Assembly: GCF_006345805.1 (NCBI RefSeq)
Contig: NC_043009.1
Location: 2,790,001-2,854,000 of the forward strand
DNA length: 64,000 bases
Direction of reading: 5' to 3'
DNA from: Octopus sinensis
Lineage: Eukaryota
A program made the translations under genes and the position numbers. Below the pieces are notes generated by a model. It saw only the letters and a program-made list of their open reading frames with translations. It did not search any database and was not told the DNA's origin. Positions 1 through 13,968 of this stretch are shown in pieces (positions within the stretch are counted from its first letter, which is position 1; every line of letters begins with the position of its first letter).

Positions 1-759
1 GGAAGTAACTTCGGTCAAGGGGGAAGAAAACGGATGCATGAAGAAAGCAAGCTAGAACGGTCAAGAATCGTGGCTGCTACCACCAGCAATCAATCATGGT
101 GTGTATATTGTGTTAACTTCTACAAGGAAAGGATTCCCAGACTCCTCGCTCGAGCCCTTTTTAGTCACCTGTTACGCCACGCAGGGAATACGGCGACTGC
201 ATTCTACCGATGCCCCCACCCCAGTCGCAGTGCGGTTTGCTAGCTAACTCATAGCTGGAGCCCTTACAGGTGCTACGACTCCGAGACAGAGTAGACCTGG
301 GAACAATAGTGGCTAAGAGATGGTTCCACACTCCTCAAACACTGAAAACAGGGCCCCACGATCCCACTACCGTATGCATAAAATCTGATGTTGCACAAAG
401 GGGTACGGAACCAGTATGATGCAGCCGGGGTAAACCAGGATATGCTGTAGAGTCCCGCTGCTGATATGGTGGGTGAGGCATAAATTCTTGTCAAATGTTC
501 TAGAATAAACTCCATTAAACCTTCGCTGAAATCATCGGACAAATCATAATCAAAATATATGAGTGAGAGTGTTGTTGTACCAAACCCAATGTTGGAGTAA
601 GATACAACAATAAATAAATATTCAAATCCCTTCTTACAATCTTCTATATATTGATAAAAGTCTCTCGAATTAAAGAGTTACGATGATATCATGATATATT
701 TCAATGCATAGTGCTATTTTAATCTTCAGAAACTTGCTTTGTGTCTATTTATCCATAGT

Positions 760-1345
760 AAGACTTCGAGCTGGCAGAAACGTTAGCATGCAGGGCGAAA
801 TGCTTAGAGGTATTTCGTCTGCCGCTACGTTCTGAGTTCAAATTCCGCCGAGGTCAACTTTGCCTTTCATCCTTTCGAGGTCGATTAAATAAATACCAGT
901 TATGCACTGGGGTCGATATAATCGCCTTAATCCGTTTGTCTGTTCTTGTTTGTCCTCTCTGTTTTTAGCCCCTTGTGGCTAGTAAAGAAATAGGTATTTC
1001 GTTTGCCGTTACGTTCTGAGTTCCAATTCCGCTGAGGTCGACGTTGCCTTCACTCCTTTCGAGGTCGATAAATTAAGTAGCACGTTACGCACTGTGGTCG
1101 ATGTAATCGATTTAATTCGTTTCTCTGTCCTTGTTTCTCCTCTAAGTGCTTAGCCCCTTGTGGGCAATAAAGAAATAAGAAACGCTAGCACGCCGGGTGA
1201 AATGCATAGCGCTATTTCATCTGTCTCTACGTTCTGAGTTTAAATTGCGCCGAGGTCGACTTTGCCTGTCATCACTTTGGGTATCGATAAATTAAGTACC
1301 AGTTGCATACTGGGTCGTGTACCTAGAGTAGAAAAGAATATTTAT
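760..1345 (+). mobile_element. SINE family B with an internal ~184-bp tandem array
   Basis: Head GAGCTGGCAGAAACGTTAGCA, B-box GAGTTCAAATTCC. GGTATTTCGT occurs at 809 and 993 (period 184). Confidence 0.78.
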
Positions 1346-1855
1346 TCATAGTGATATTATTCCTTTTATCTCATATCTCAAATTTATTGACATCCAGAAC
1401 TTTGAAATATATCAAATAATTGATATAAACCAAATTTCTGCGTTCCTTTTAAATTTCATTATAAGGAGCGATTTTAGACTTATAAGCCCGCCATCAAAGA
1501 ATAATTTACAAATAAATTGAACATATTTGTGATCTTTCTGTTTCAAACCTTCTGTGTCCCTCCATTTTTTGTCACACCAGGGTATATTAAAAGGAAAATC
1601 CCCATGCAACTTTTTCTGTTTCACTGGCGAATTGACCACTACTCTGCGCACTGCTACTGATAGAGTTGTGTCATTAGAGAGGTTTACAATAATATTCTAT
1701 TTAACGGAATACGTAGCTCTGACTTTATTTTCAGGGATCTCATCGTAACAGGTCCATTCACACATCAATTATACACACGTTTGATTCACTTCTGTTAAAA
1801 GTCATCATTGCCAAGTAGATTCCCTTATAATCGGAAGGTATCTGCCGTAAACTCC

Positions 1856-1924
<69 letters not shown>

Positions 1925-1953
1925 CACACACACACACATATATATATATATAC

Positions 1954-1994
<41 letters not shown>

Positions 1995-2502
1995 AGAGAG
2001 AGAGAGAGAAGAGAGAGAGAAGAGTGTGCGTGAGTGTGCCTATGTATATATGCATTTATTTGTTAATATCTGTAACACAACGTGTGAAACTGTGCGGATT
2101 CATTAGCAGGGAATAGAGAAGTTGATTTTTGGTTAATCTGTTTCGTGTTAATACTGTATCCTTCCTTTTCTACTCGTACAATGATAATGTTAAAGACAAA
2201 AAACACCAGCAAAATATAGCTGCTATTTATTGATATAATCCTGTTTCTTTTGATTCCGTTCAACTGCTGTGAAGACGTCCATAGACTTAGTAACATTGCT
2301 AATAACGTTCAGCTTTGATGTACTTACGTTACTAACTGACTAGGTAGGTGATTTAGCGTATAATAGTTTAATTAAATACAGATATACTCTTTGTCTACCT
2401 CCCTGCATTTACATATGTATGTATGTTTCTATCTATCACACTTGAACTCACACTTCTTTATACAGACATTTATGTATTTTCGCACATACATACATACATA
2501 CA

Positions 2503-2542
<40 letters not shown>

Positions 2543-2628
2543 TTAATACGTATTTACATACACACACATATTTATACACATATATACACGTATATATGTA
2601 TTGAAATACATATTTTTCATCTGCACAT

Positions 2629-2670
<42 letters not shown>

Positions 2671-3009
2671 GTGTACACATATGCATATACACTTACATAT
2701 ATATAAATATACACACACATACATATATGAATATGTAGGTGTGCGTTTATGTAGCTTATTTCCACTGTAGTATTAGTACATCATTCTCAACAAATTAAAA
2801 AAAAACAAGTGTATATTGAAATAGTCACAAGTGTGAAATGTCTCGGCAGAATACTAGTAAAAGTGCACGTAATTATTTCTTCTTATTTCATGGTGTTTTT
2901 CTATTTTCCTAAACAGCAAAAACCACAAAAAAACGCCAATAGAAACAAAATTGTCATTATGTTGTCGCCTCCTACTGTTTCTATTGCTTATTATTATTTT
3001 ATATTCAGA

Positions 3010-3090
<81 letters not shown>

Positions 3091-3091
<1 letters not shown>

Positions 3092-3504
3092 GTTGTTTGA
3101 CCTTAACCAGTTGAGCATGCCCCTTAGTGGCTGACGATATGTGCATCTCTGATCACGAGCAGAAGTAGTGGGGGAGCATCATAGCTATGTGTTGAGAAGG
3201 ATTCTTTGGGGTTTCAATAATTCACCTCTGGAAACATAGGTGTTTCGTTCAACGTCCTTAAACAACCCTTATTCAGGGACCTTTTGAGCGGGATGGGTTA
3301 CTCGATCTGAAGAAAATTCTAACTGGGCTCCACCTGCAAGGTCATGTGCTGTTTATCTTGATATGAGATCACCATGTCGCGCACATATGGTTGTGATGCA
3401 TGTGCCTGGTGTGCCCTTATCGGACGGGTAGTCATGATGGGTATACTGGGCTTCGTATATTTTACCCCAGTGTCACTTTGATGGCATGCTCTGCTCGCTC
3501 ACTC
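3091..3504 (+). mobile_element. Element X, 5'-truncated copy
   Basis: Homologous to the other three copies. Ends GCTCGCTCACTC|AATAAT. (AAT)n on both sides. Confidence 0.8.
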
Positions 3505-3730
3505 AATAATAATGATAATAATAATAATAATAATGATAATAATGATAATAATGATAATAATAACAATAATAATAATAATAATGATAATAATAATAATAAT
3601 AATAATGATAATAATAACAATAATAATAATAATAATTATGATAATGATAATAATAATAATAATAATAATAATGATAATAATGATAATAATAATAATAATG
3701 ATAATAACAATAATAATAATAATAATTATG

Positions 3731-3764
<34 letters not shown>

Positions 3765-3800
3765 TAATAATGATAATAATGATAATAATAACAATAATAA

Positions 3801-3832
<32 letters not shown>

Positions 3833-3844
3833 ATAATAATAATA

Positions 3845-4258
3845 AGGCGCAGGAGTGGCTGTGTGGTAAGTAGCTTGCTTACGAACCGCATGGTTCCAGG
3901 TTCAGTCCCACTGCGTGGCACCTTGGGCAAGTGTCTTGTACTATAGCCGCGGGCCGACCAATGCCTTGTGAGTGGATTTGGTAGACGGAAACTGAAAGAA
4001 GCCCGTCGTATATATGTATATATCCATATATGTATGTGTGTGATTGTGCGTCAGTGTTTGTCCCTCCAACATGGAAACCGATAGTGGTGGGTTTACGTCC
4101 CCGTAACATAGCGGTTCGGCAAAAGAGAAACTGATAGATTAATTACTAGGCTTACAAAGAATAAGTCCTGAGGTCGATTTGCTCGACTAAAGGCAGTGCT
4201 CCTGCACAGCCGCAGTCAAATGACTAAAACAAGTTAAAGAGTAAAAGAGTAAAGAGTA
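3845..4258 (+). mobile_element. tRNA-like SINE family A
   Basis: AGGCGCAGGAGTGGCTGTGTGGTAAG head with A-box-like and B-box-like (GGTTCAGTCCC) motifs, internal TA/TG tract, (AAAGAGT)n tail. Five or more copies in the window. Confidence 0.8.
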
Positions 4259-4364
4259 ATAATAATAATAATAACAACAACAACAACAACAACAATAATA
4301 ATAATAGCAACAACAATAATAATAATAATAACAATAATAATAATAATAATATAATAATATAATA

Positions 4365-4401
<37 letters not shown>

Positions 4402-4408
4402 AATAATA

Positions 4409-5178
<770 letters not shown>

Positions 5179-5665
5179 GTACATTGTTTTGTCTTGGTAT
5201 AAAGATGGGCTACAGCAAATATTCTGCTCAATACCACAGATTTGCTTGTCAGTTGTTTGACCTTAACCAGTTGAGCATGTCCCTTAGTGGCTGACGATAT
5301 GTTCATCTCTGATTATGAGCAGGAGTAGTGGGGGAGTATATCATAGCCATGTGTTGAGAGGAATTCTTTGGGTTTGAATAATTCACCTCTGGAAACATGG
5401 GTGGTTCTTTCAACATCCTTAAACAGCCCTTATTCAGGGACCTTTTGAGCGGGATGGGCTACTCAACCTAAAGAAAATTCTAACTGGGCCCCACCTGCAA
5501 GGTCATGTGCTGTTTATCTTGATATGAGATCATCATGTCGCGCACATATGGTTGTGATGCATGTGCCTGGTGTACCCTTATCAGTCGGGTAGTCATGATG
5601 GGTATATTGGGCTTCGTATATTTTACCCCAGTGTCACTTTGATGGCATGAACTGCTCTTTCACTC
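5179..5665 (+). mobile_element. Element X, 5'-truncated copy
   Basis: Ends GCTCTTTCACTC|AATAAT. Follows the AAT tail of the family A fragment. Confidence 0.8.
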
Positions 5666-6709
5666 AATAATAATAATAGTAATACTACTACTACTACTAC
5701 TACTACTACTAATAATAATATAATAATGATAATGATAATAATAATAATAATAGTAATGATAATTATATTCCTCACTTCTAAAAGAGTAAATATAAATATA
5801 AAAATATACTGTTATATTGTATAATGTATTATTCCTTCCAGATTTGTCATGAACGTAATAGTCTATTGTTCATCTGTTGGTTGGAAGTAATTGAAATTCA
5901 TGTCGTAAATCTCTGAGGTATCCATAGTAACATAGAGCGGTGAATCATTTTTAGCTGAGCCATTATCGAGCATCAGCTTCGCTTTAATCCTGCACACCTG
6001 TGCTGGTCAGTTGAATATTGTAAGAATCATCATATCTGTTGTTTACACTATATTGTGGCCGGTCTTCGTGGTCAGAGAAACCAATCATAACAATTAAATC
6101 ATAGAAACTAGAAGGAGGATAAAATCTAGCCCAGAATGTAGCACGAAATGTAAGACATTTTAATAGCTGATGAGTTACAAAATATTTAAACAGTCTAAAA
6201 TTTATATCTGGGTGAGATCTGCATGCAATGCGAAGTGCAGAAATGTTTGTTTATATTATTTCATATTGTAGTGGTGGTGAGAATATCTGATTGCCAAGAG
6301 AGCGAAGGAGAAAAAACAGAAATTATTCATTGGGAGTCAGGTTTGTGAATACGTGTAGGGAAAATACGAGTTCACTCGTCTATGTAAATTTGGATATGCT
6401 TCTGTTGTTTTCTGATGACACTTGATCGGGATAGAAAGGGTAGGTTCCTAGCATTTTCAAATTTATGAATTCTCGAAATATTATTCTGAGGACGGAAATG
6501 AATTTGTATAAGCCTTATCCAGAAACGCGTACATAATTAATCGAAGACTGTTTGATTTCGCTATTTTTCTTCTTTTTGCCTATGTAAGTTAAAAATATTG
6601 TTATCTGTGGAGTAATATATGTACTAAATAAGGAAGGAACTGCCTTTGGCTGCTATTTGAAAATTTTCGGTATGTGGTGAAGCAACTTGTTGCTTAACCC
6701 TTATATATA

Positions 6710-6749
<40 letters not shown>

Positions 6750-6757
6750 TATATATA

Positions 6758-7001
6758 TATACAATAATATGTTACATTACTCGATAGTCAAGATAAAACT
6801 CTGAGTTTCAGATGCCGAAGTGGAAATCCACAACACCATCTCTTCGGTTCAGAAGAGATGGTGTTGTGGATTTCCACTTCGGCATCTGAAACTCAGAGTT
6901 TTATCTTGACTATCGAGTAACGTAACATATTATTGTATAGATAAGTTTCCTCTATTTACATAATATTGAAGTCTCTTTCTTTTGTTATCTTACCGTTTTA
7001 C

Positions 7002-7006
<5 letters not shown>
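6758..7006. repeat. Near-perfect palindrome (88-bp arms, 6-nt spacer) with a one-sided extension, embedded in (TA)n
   Basis: 6758-6845 is the reverse complement of 6852-6939 with one mismatch. Spacer GGTTCA. The right arm continues to ~7006. Confidence 0.92.
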
Positions 7007-7034
<28 letters not shown>

Positions 7035-7036
<2 letters not shown>

Positions 7037-7866
7037 TAAACTGTCTTCTAAATTACGCAAAAATGAGAAAATGAAAATATCACTGACATCTCATTTTAAA
7101 TGATATATTCACCATATTTATATAAGAATATCTTGAAATACTAAAGATTAAATGTATTCATTAAATCGCCTTAGCTTCAACTACGGCCTCCAAGCGACTT
7201 CCGAATCACCTGCAACTCTTCTGGACGGTTTCATTATTTAAGTTGGTGGACGCATACAAAATCCTAGCTTTCATTTCATCTTTGGTGAAACAAGGAGTTT
7301 TTTGGTCCCCTGCTCAACTGCACCCCAATCAGAATAATCAAGGAGGTTGCAGTCTGGGGAGTTAGGTAGCCAGATGTTAGGGATGTTGTGGCCTCAGAAA
7401 TTGTCTGATACTTATAAGTGGGTTCTCCAGCTTGTGTGGCATGGTGAAGAGTCTTCCAGCATCCACACTCTCGACTCACGGCTGTACTGCCTCCTCCAGG
7501 CACTTGATGTACACCTCTGTGTTGAGCCTGGGGCCGCGTGGGAAGATGAAGGGAGGCATCATCACTAGTGATCACTCCAAACACCCAGATTTTGACTGGA
7601 TGTTAGATATATATCACTTTTGGTAATGTCCTCAGATTGACACCTAAGTACTCTGAAATGTTAGTATTGGAGTTTACGGCGGAAATGCCAAACAGTAAAG
7701 CATGCTGTTTCCAAATTTCTGTTAGAATGAATTGCGTCATTGTGCTGTTTTTCTCGCAGACAGTGCCCAACGGACCCTACAATACTGTGTAGTCAGTAAA
7801 AATAAAGCAATCAATGCGCATGCACGGAATCCGAAATATTAAAAGGAGTCAATTTACCCCACGCAG
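7035..7866 (-). mobile_element. Internally deleted, degenerate Tc1/mariner-superfamily transposon
   Basis: Minus strand: HPVKIWVFGVITSD, SPCHTSWRT, NIWLPNSPDCNLLDYSDWGAVE (cf. the WPPNSPDLNP motif). Short N-terminal remnant MTQFILTEIWKQHALLFG at ~7640-7740. Confidence 0.75.
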
Positions 7867-8486
7867 AGGCTTAGACTATTTTCTTCAGTGATCGTTTATA
7901 ATCTTTAATATTAAATGATACTATTATCATTATTTACAGAACTGTAAACATCGACGCCACTTACCAAAACCAATGCAGTGAAAGCACTATAGTCCCTAAA
8001 TCTGACAGAAAGAAGCAGATTGCTGCGTCGGTGTGATTATAGCACACTTGGCCGCGTAAACAAGGAGGTGCAGGTACGAGTCCCGCGCGTACGGGAAAAG
8101 CTACATTTGTTTTTCTGTCGAGGGCTTATACTTCCCATCATTAGACTATTTTCTTCAGTCATTATTATAACTACCATCATCATTGTTATTATTATTATCA
8201 TTATATAAATCAAAGGCCTTTTCGAAAAACAGCTACCCGGGGTTTCCTTGTCGAAATATTTACCAAAACGATTTCTTGTTTTTATCAGCTTGATATATAC
8301 CGAAATAAATTAATATTTCGGCCAGAAAACCTTGGACAGCTGTACTTCACTAGCATTTTGGTGGTTTTTATTATAATAGTATCCTTACCCTCTTAACTAA
8401 TCGAAATCTAAACTATTTGCTGAAAATGTATGTATGCATCTATATAAATATGTCACTATTTTCTTTTGTGTGTGTGTATATATATA

Positions 8487-8520
<34 letters not shown>

Positions 8521-8526
<6 letters not shown>

Positions 8527-8636
8527 ATCACGTGACCGAGCAGACCATCAGATGTTGTTACACATCGCTGGTCACAATGCGTTCGCATTGTTTTTAGCCT
8601 TCGAATGACGCCACCCCGCTGGCTAAGCGAGCAGGT

Positions 8637-8637
<1 letters not shown>
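8521..8637 (-). mobile_element. Probable 3' tail fragment of a SINE or LINE between (TA)n tracts
   Basis: GC-balanced 117-bp island ending ...GGTCACGTGATCACGTG into (TA)n. Assignment rests on recall of similar cephalopod repeats only. Confidence 0.35.
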
Positions 8638-8666
<29 letters not shown>

Positions 8667-8673
<7 letters not shown>

Positions 8674-10572
8674 AATAAAATAGAACATATGCATATATAT
8701 GTACATATATGTACGTACCTACCTCTACATGTACATATACACGCATATATGTGTACAGGACACCAAAAAGACGTCGAACACATAGAGAGACGAAAAACAT
8801 AGACACAAACCAAGGAACAAGACAAGCAAAAAAAGAGATACAGGACAATAAGCACAACGAAAAATCCCCTTCTTCAGTCGCTAAGGTTTCATCTACTCTA
8901 CGTTTCGAAGGATAAAAGCGAGACGTATACTTCGAAGAAACTTCCTTCCTGCGAAAAGCAAATCAATTAAAATTCTGAGATCTTTTCGCAGAGGGGTAAA
9001 AAAAGCAAGACGGTAACGACAGTACAAACATATAAACAGTAAAAAAAAATATATATAAACAGTGGAAAAATAAATATATAACAGTGAGAGACAGGACAAG
9101 GAGAACAAGATAAGAAGGGCTGTTTACGCCAGACGAAAAAAGTATTGCAAACGCTGGATTATAGTGGACGACGAGAGAGAAAGAATGTCGACCAGTAGCC
9201 TTAGAAGGCGGGCGAGAAAAGACAGGATAGCAGTCACGACGGAAGTATCGTCGCAGATGGACGACGGGAATGGGGGAGGAGGAGCAAGAGGAAGAGAGAG
9301 AAGAAGGGGAATGGTGCGAGGAGACCATGAAGAACGGTGAGGGGGAGAGAGAGAATGAAGAATGAGAGAGAGAGGAAGAGACAAGTTAAGTGAGGGAAAA
9401 AAGACGAAAAAGGGAATGGGAGAAAAAAGAAAGAAAGATGCAGAGTCGCGTGAGAGTTAATATCAAGGCTAACTTGATAAACAGAGCAATCTTACTTAAT
9501 AAGGTGCGTGCGTTTAGTCGTATAATATGTTAATAAAATAGAACATATGCATATATATAAACATATATGTAGGTACCTACCTCTACATGTACATATACAC
9601 GCATATATGTGTACAGGACACCAAAAAGACGTCGGACACATAGAGAGACGAAAAACATAGACACAAACCAAGGAACAAGACAAACAAAAAAAGAGATACA
9701 GGACAATAAGCACAACGGAAAATCCCCTTCTTCAGTCGCTAAGGTTTCATCTACTCTACGTTTCGAAGGATAAAAGCGAGACGTATACTTCGAAGAAACT
9801 TCCTTCCTACGAAAAGCAAATCAATTAAAATTCTGAGATCTTTTCGCAGAGGGGTAAAAAAAGCAAGACGGTAACGACAGTACAAACATATAAACAGTAA
9901 AAAAAATATATATAAACAGTGGAAAAATAAATATATAACAGTGAGAGACAGGACAAGGAGAACAAGATAAGAAGGGCTGTTTACGCCAGACGAAAAAAGT
10001 ATTGCAAACGCTGGATTATAGTGGACGACGAGAGAGAAAGAATGTCGACCAGTAGCCTTAGAAGGCGGGCGAGAAAAGACAGGATAGCAGTTACGACGGA
10101 AGTATCGTCGCAGATGGACGACGGGAATGGGGGAGGAGGAGCAAGAGGAAGAGAGAGAAGAAGGGGAATGGTGCGAGGAGACCATGAAGAACGGTGAGGG
10201 GGAGAGAGAGAATGAAGAATGAGAGAGAGAGGAAGAGACAAGTTAAGTGAGGGAAAAAAGACGAAAAAGGGAATGGGAGAGAAAGAAAGAAAGATGCAGA
10301 GTCGCGTGAGAGTTAATATCAAGGCTAACTTGATAAACAGAACAATCTTACTTAATAGGGTGCGTGCGTTTAGTCGTATAATATGTTAATAAAATAGAAC
10401 ATATGCATATATATAAACATATATGTAGGTACCTACCTCTACATGTACATATACACGCATATATGGGTACAGGACACCAAAAAGACGTCGAACACATAGA
10501 GAGACGAAAAACATAGACACAAACCAAGGAACAAGACAAGCAAAAAAGAGATACAGGACAATAAGCACAACG

Positions 10573-10575
<3 letters not shown>
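8667..10575. repeat. Tandem duplication, ~2.2 copies of an 856-858-bp unit, flanked by (TA)n
   Basis: ATATGTTAATAAAATAGAAC occurs at 8667, 9525 and 10381. Copies differ by scattered substitutions and small indels. Confidence 0.93.
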
Positions 10576-10635
<60 letters not shown>

Positions 10636-10766
10636 GAAAGATGGAATAAATATCCTCCGTGTTTTGATCTACACGGAACCACACTGACAATCAAGTGATG
10701 TTGCACGCTTACCTGACTGTTACTAAAGATAGCACAATATTGCAAGCCCTTATTTATCTTCCGTAT

Positions 10767-11143
10767 AGGCGCAAGAGTGGCTGTGTGGTAAGTAGCTTGC
10801 TTACCAACCACATGGTTCCGGGTTCAGTCCCACTGCGTTGCATTTTGGGCAAGTGTCTTCTACTGTAGCCTCGTCTCGACCAAAGTCTTGTGAATGGATT
10901 AGGTAGACGGAAACTGAAAGAAGTTCTTTGTATTAGTATATGCATATAACTGTGTGTCTCCCATTGTCCTACCACAATCCCTTTACAAACGATGTTGATA
11001 TGTTTATGTCCCCGTAGACAAGTGGTTCGGCAAAAGACACCGATACAATAAGTACTAGGCTTGCAAATTATAAGTCCGGAGGTCCCTTTGTTCAACTAAA
11101 GTTGGTGCTCCAACCTGACCGCAGTCCAATGACTGAAACAAGC
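10767..11143 (+). mobile_element. tRNA-like SINE family A
   Basis: Same head and body as 3845-4258. Confidence 0.78.
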
Positions 11144-11168
11144 ATAATAATAAAAGAAGATATATATA

Positions 11169-11218
<50 letters not shown>

Positions 11219-11220
11219 TT

Positions 11221-11285
<65 letters not shown>

Positions 11286-12322
11286 TACACACACACATAG
11301 CGTGCACGAGGCAATTAAGTCAGAAAATTAAATCCAGAACTAGAAGCCGGAATGAAAGGTCATCACGCAGAACCATGAATTTAAAGAAAATAATAAAAAC
11401 GATCATTTAAAAGCATTTGGGTAAGTGATAGTCCCGAGGACGTCAGGGAAGTGAACTGGAGCAAGTGTCAGCTAACACTTTCTCTCTGATCATGTTACTG
11501 ACCGCACGAACCACGGCAATTGTCAACAAATATGCTCCACTTTAAGTCCTCTCTATACCTACATCTCCTTTAGTTGGCCGTTGAATCTAGAGAGCTTTAA
11601 AGATTCTTCAATACTTCCTAGGCTTATGCGAAATGGGGAAAGGTCACGCTAGAAACCGCACAGTCGCGTGTATGACAACATTATGTTTCACTGATGTTGT
11701 GGCTTCCATTTTAGTTGAGGTTTTGAAACCGGGAGAAGACGAATGTGACGACATACGATGGCTCCCCAACTCCATGCACTCAGAAACGAAATCAATACTC
11801 AAAAGAGAATTACTGTAATTCTCAAAATATCACGTTACATTTCATGCAGAATGTTTGGAAACACTCTTTGAAGTAAACATCTCTAAATGGTAGAGAATTT
11901 TAAAATCTCCAGATTAGTTTAGAAATATCTATTACGCCCATGACACTAGGCAACACTACTATACAGAAAAATCTGTCCATATCAAAAATCAAAGGATAAT
12001 ATTCACCCAGTTGTATAATAAACCTGCTGGAGAACATTGATATTAGTTGACTATTTTAATTCAATCAATTCATACATTGTTTTAATAGATTGGGATATTT
12101 ATGTGGAATGCATACTGTCACGATGTGCTCTGCAAAAATAATCGGTCACACAGGCTTATATGATCCCTATATGTGGCTGTGTAGTAAAAAACTCGCATTT
12201 ACGTCAAATCGTTTTGGACTTAGCCTTATTTCTCAGCACACTGAGCGGGGTTTTTTCTACCATATCCCTGGGTAGACGGCTCCTATTTGAGTGAAGGTGC
12301 GACGGAAATTATGGACGTCCGT

Positions 12323-12353
<31 letters not shown>

Positions 12354-13227
12354 ACGCATACACACACATATATATAAATGCGTGTGTGTGTGGGATTTTA
12401 TGCGCATGTATGTGTTTGTGATTTACCTTTCTCGGAAATGGCCTGGAAAAACCTGTTTTGGCATATTTTTGTCACTGTGATATAGCGGTTCGGCAAAACG
12501 GGTCCAATATATTTGGGGTCAGACATTTTAAAATGTACCTGTGTCGATTTGTTTAATTAAGCAATTCAAGGCGGTGCCCTAGTTACCTGCAATCCAACAA
12601 CGGTAAAAAGTAAAATGTTAAAGATAAAACAGGACACCCACTAATACACACATGCGTACACATTTATAGAAAAGTTCCCTAAATGGGAAAGTTCATTTTA
12701 TATTTCTATATTTCGGGTTCATGTAAGAAATAGAAAATTGTGTCGGGCTGATTATCCTCCCCCTGCGTATGCTGGTTATTGTAACAAGTGCTGAATCGTA
12801 GAGTTAACTATAATTTATCTGCTTCTAGGATTTATTTTCTGGTGTTCATATTTCGTTGCAGTATATCCACGGTGACAGCTTTCTAAGATTTGGTAAATTT
12901 AGCTAAGCCGAAGCATTCTTGTAGGTGGATATTTCTTATTGTATTAGGGATGCGATATTTCAAGTAGCGTCTTATGAAATTTATTCGGTAACGGATAATT
13001 GCTCAATATTCTGATAGTTTTAATTGACTTTGCGGCAAGCATCAAAGCGACAGAGCATAACCTTAGAAGTTGGAAGATCAAGAAAGATATTCGAAGATTT
13101 CCGCATTCATAAACGGAAATCATCGATCAACAATCGAGAAACAATGTGACCAGGCAAACTGACTATTATAACAATACCAGTCTTCACCTGTCGCAATCCA
13201 CACCGTCTCCTATATATCTAAACAAAT

Positions 13228-13968
13228 GATCCCAGATCGACGCCATCTCTTGACCACTGTGGAACTGGTACTTATATTATTGACCCCGAATGGATGAAAG
13301 TCAAAGTCGATGTAGGCGGAATTTGAACACAGAACATAAAGACGAACGAAATGCACTTAAGTATTTCACACGACGTGCTAACGATTCGTTCGTATTCTAG
13401 GCACAAGGCTCGAAGTTTTGGGGGAAGGAGCCAGTCGATTAGATTCACTCCAGTACGCAACTGGTATTTAATTTGTCGACTCCGAAAGCGTAAAAGGCAA
13501 AGTCGACCTCGGCGGAATCTGAACGTGGAACGTAAAGACCGACGAATTACCTATTTCTTTACTACCCACAAGGAGCTAAACACATAGAGGACAAAAAAGG
13601 GCAAACGAACCGATTAAGTTGATTACATCGACCCCAGTGCGGAACTGGTACTTAATTTATCGACCCCAAAAGGATGAAAGGCAAAGTCAACCTCAGCGGA
13701 ATTTGAACTCACAACGTAACAGCAGACGAAATACCTATTTCTTTACTACCCGCAAGAGGCTACACACAGAGAGGACAAACAAGGACAGACAAACAGATTA
13801 AGTCGTTGATATCGACCCCACTGCGTAACTGGTACTTATTTAATCAACCCTGAAAGGATGAAAGGCAAAGTCGACCTCGGTGGAATTTGAACTCACAACG
13901 TAATGACAGACGAAATACTGCAAAGCATTTCGCCCGGCGTCCTAACGATTCTGCCAGCTCGCCGCCTT
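13228..13968 (-). mobile_element. SINE family B tandem array plus an adjacent degenerate copy
   Basis: Head ends ...CCAGCTCGCCGCCTT at 13968. CCTATTTCTTTACTACCC occurs at 13550 and 13734. Confidence 0.78.

Noticed and set aside
3400-3504. Recurring peptide CLVxPYxTGSHDGYTGLRIFYPSVTLM (also at 37284 and 28416-28613)
   Set aside because: It is the 3' end of element X read into the AAT tail. The repetition reflects DNA repeat homology, and there is no domain signature.
6258-6300. Weak similarity to 19878-19915 (TTGTAGTGG..TGA.AAT.TCTGAT)
   Set aside because: Short and gapped, so it could be chance. No extended alignment or coding signal was found.
8866-8915. Hammerhead half-motifs in the 858-bp unit (minus: CCUUC-GAAAC-GUA ... 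CUGAAGA-AGGGG)
   Set aside because: The order would require a type II topology, but stem I cannot be formed and stem II pairing competes with the core.
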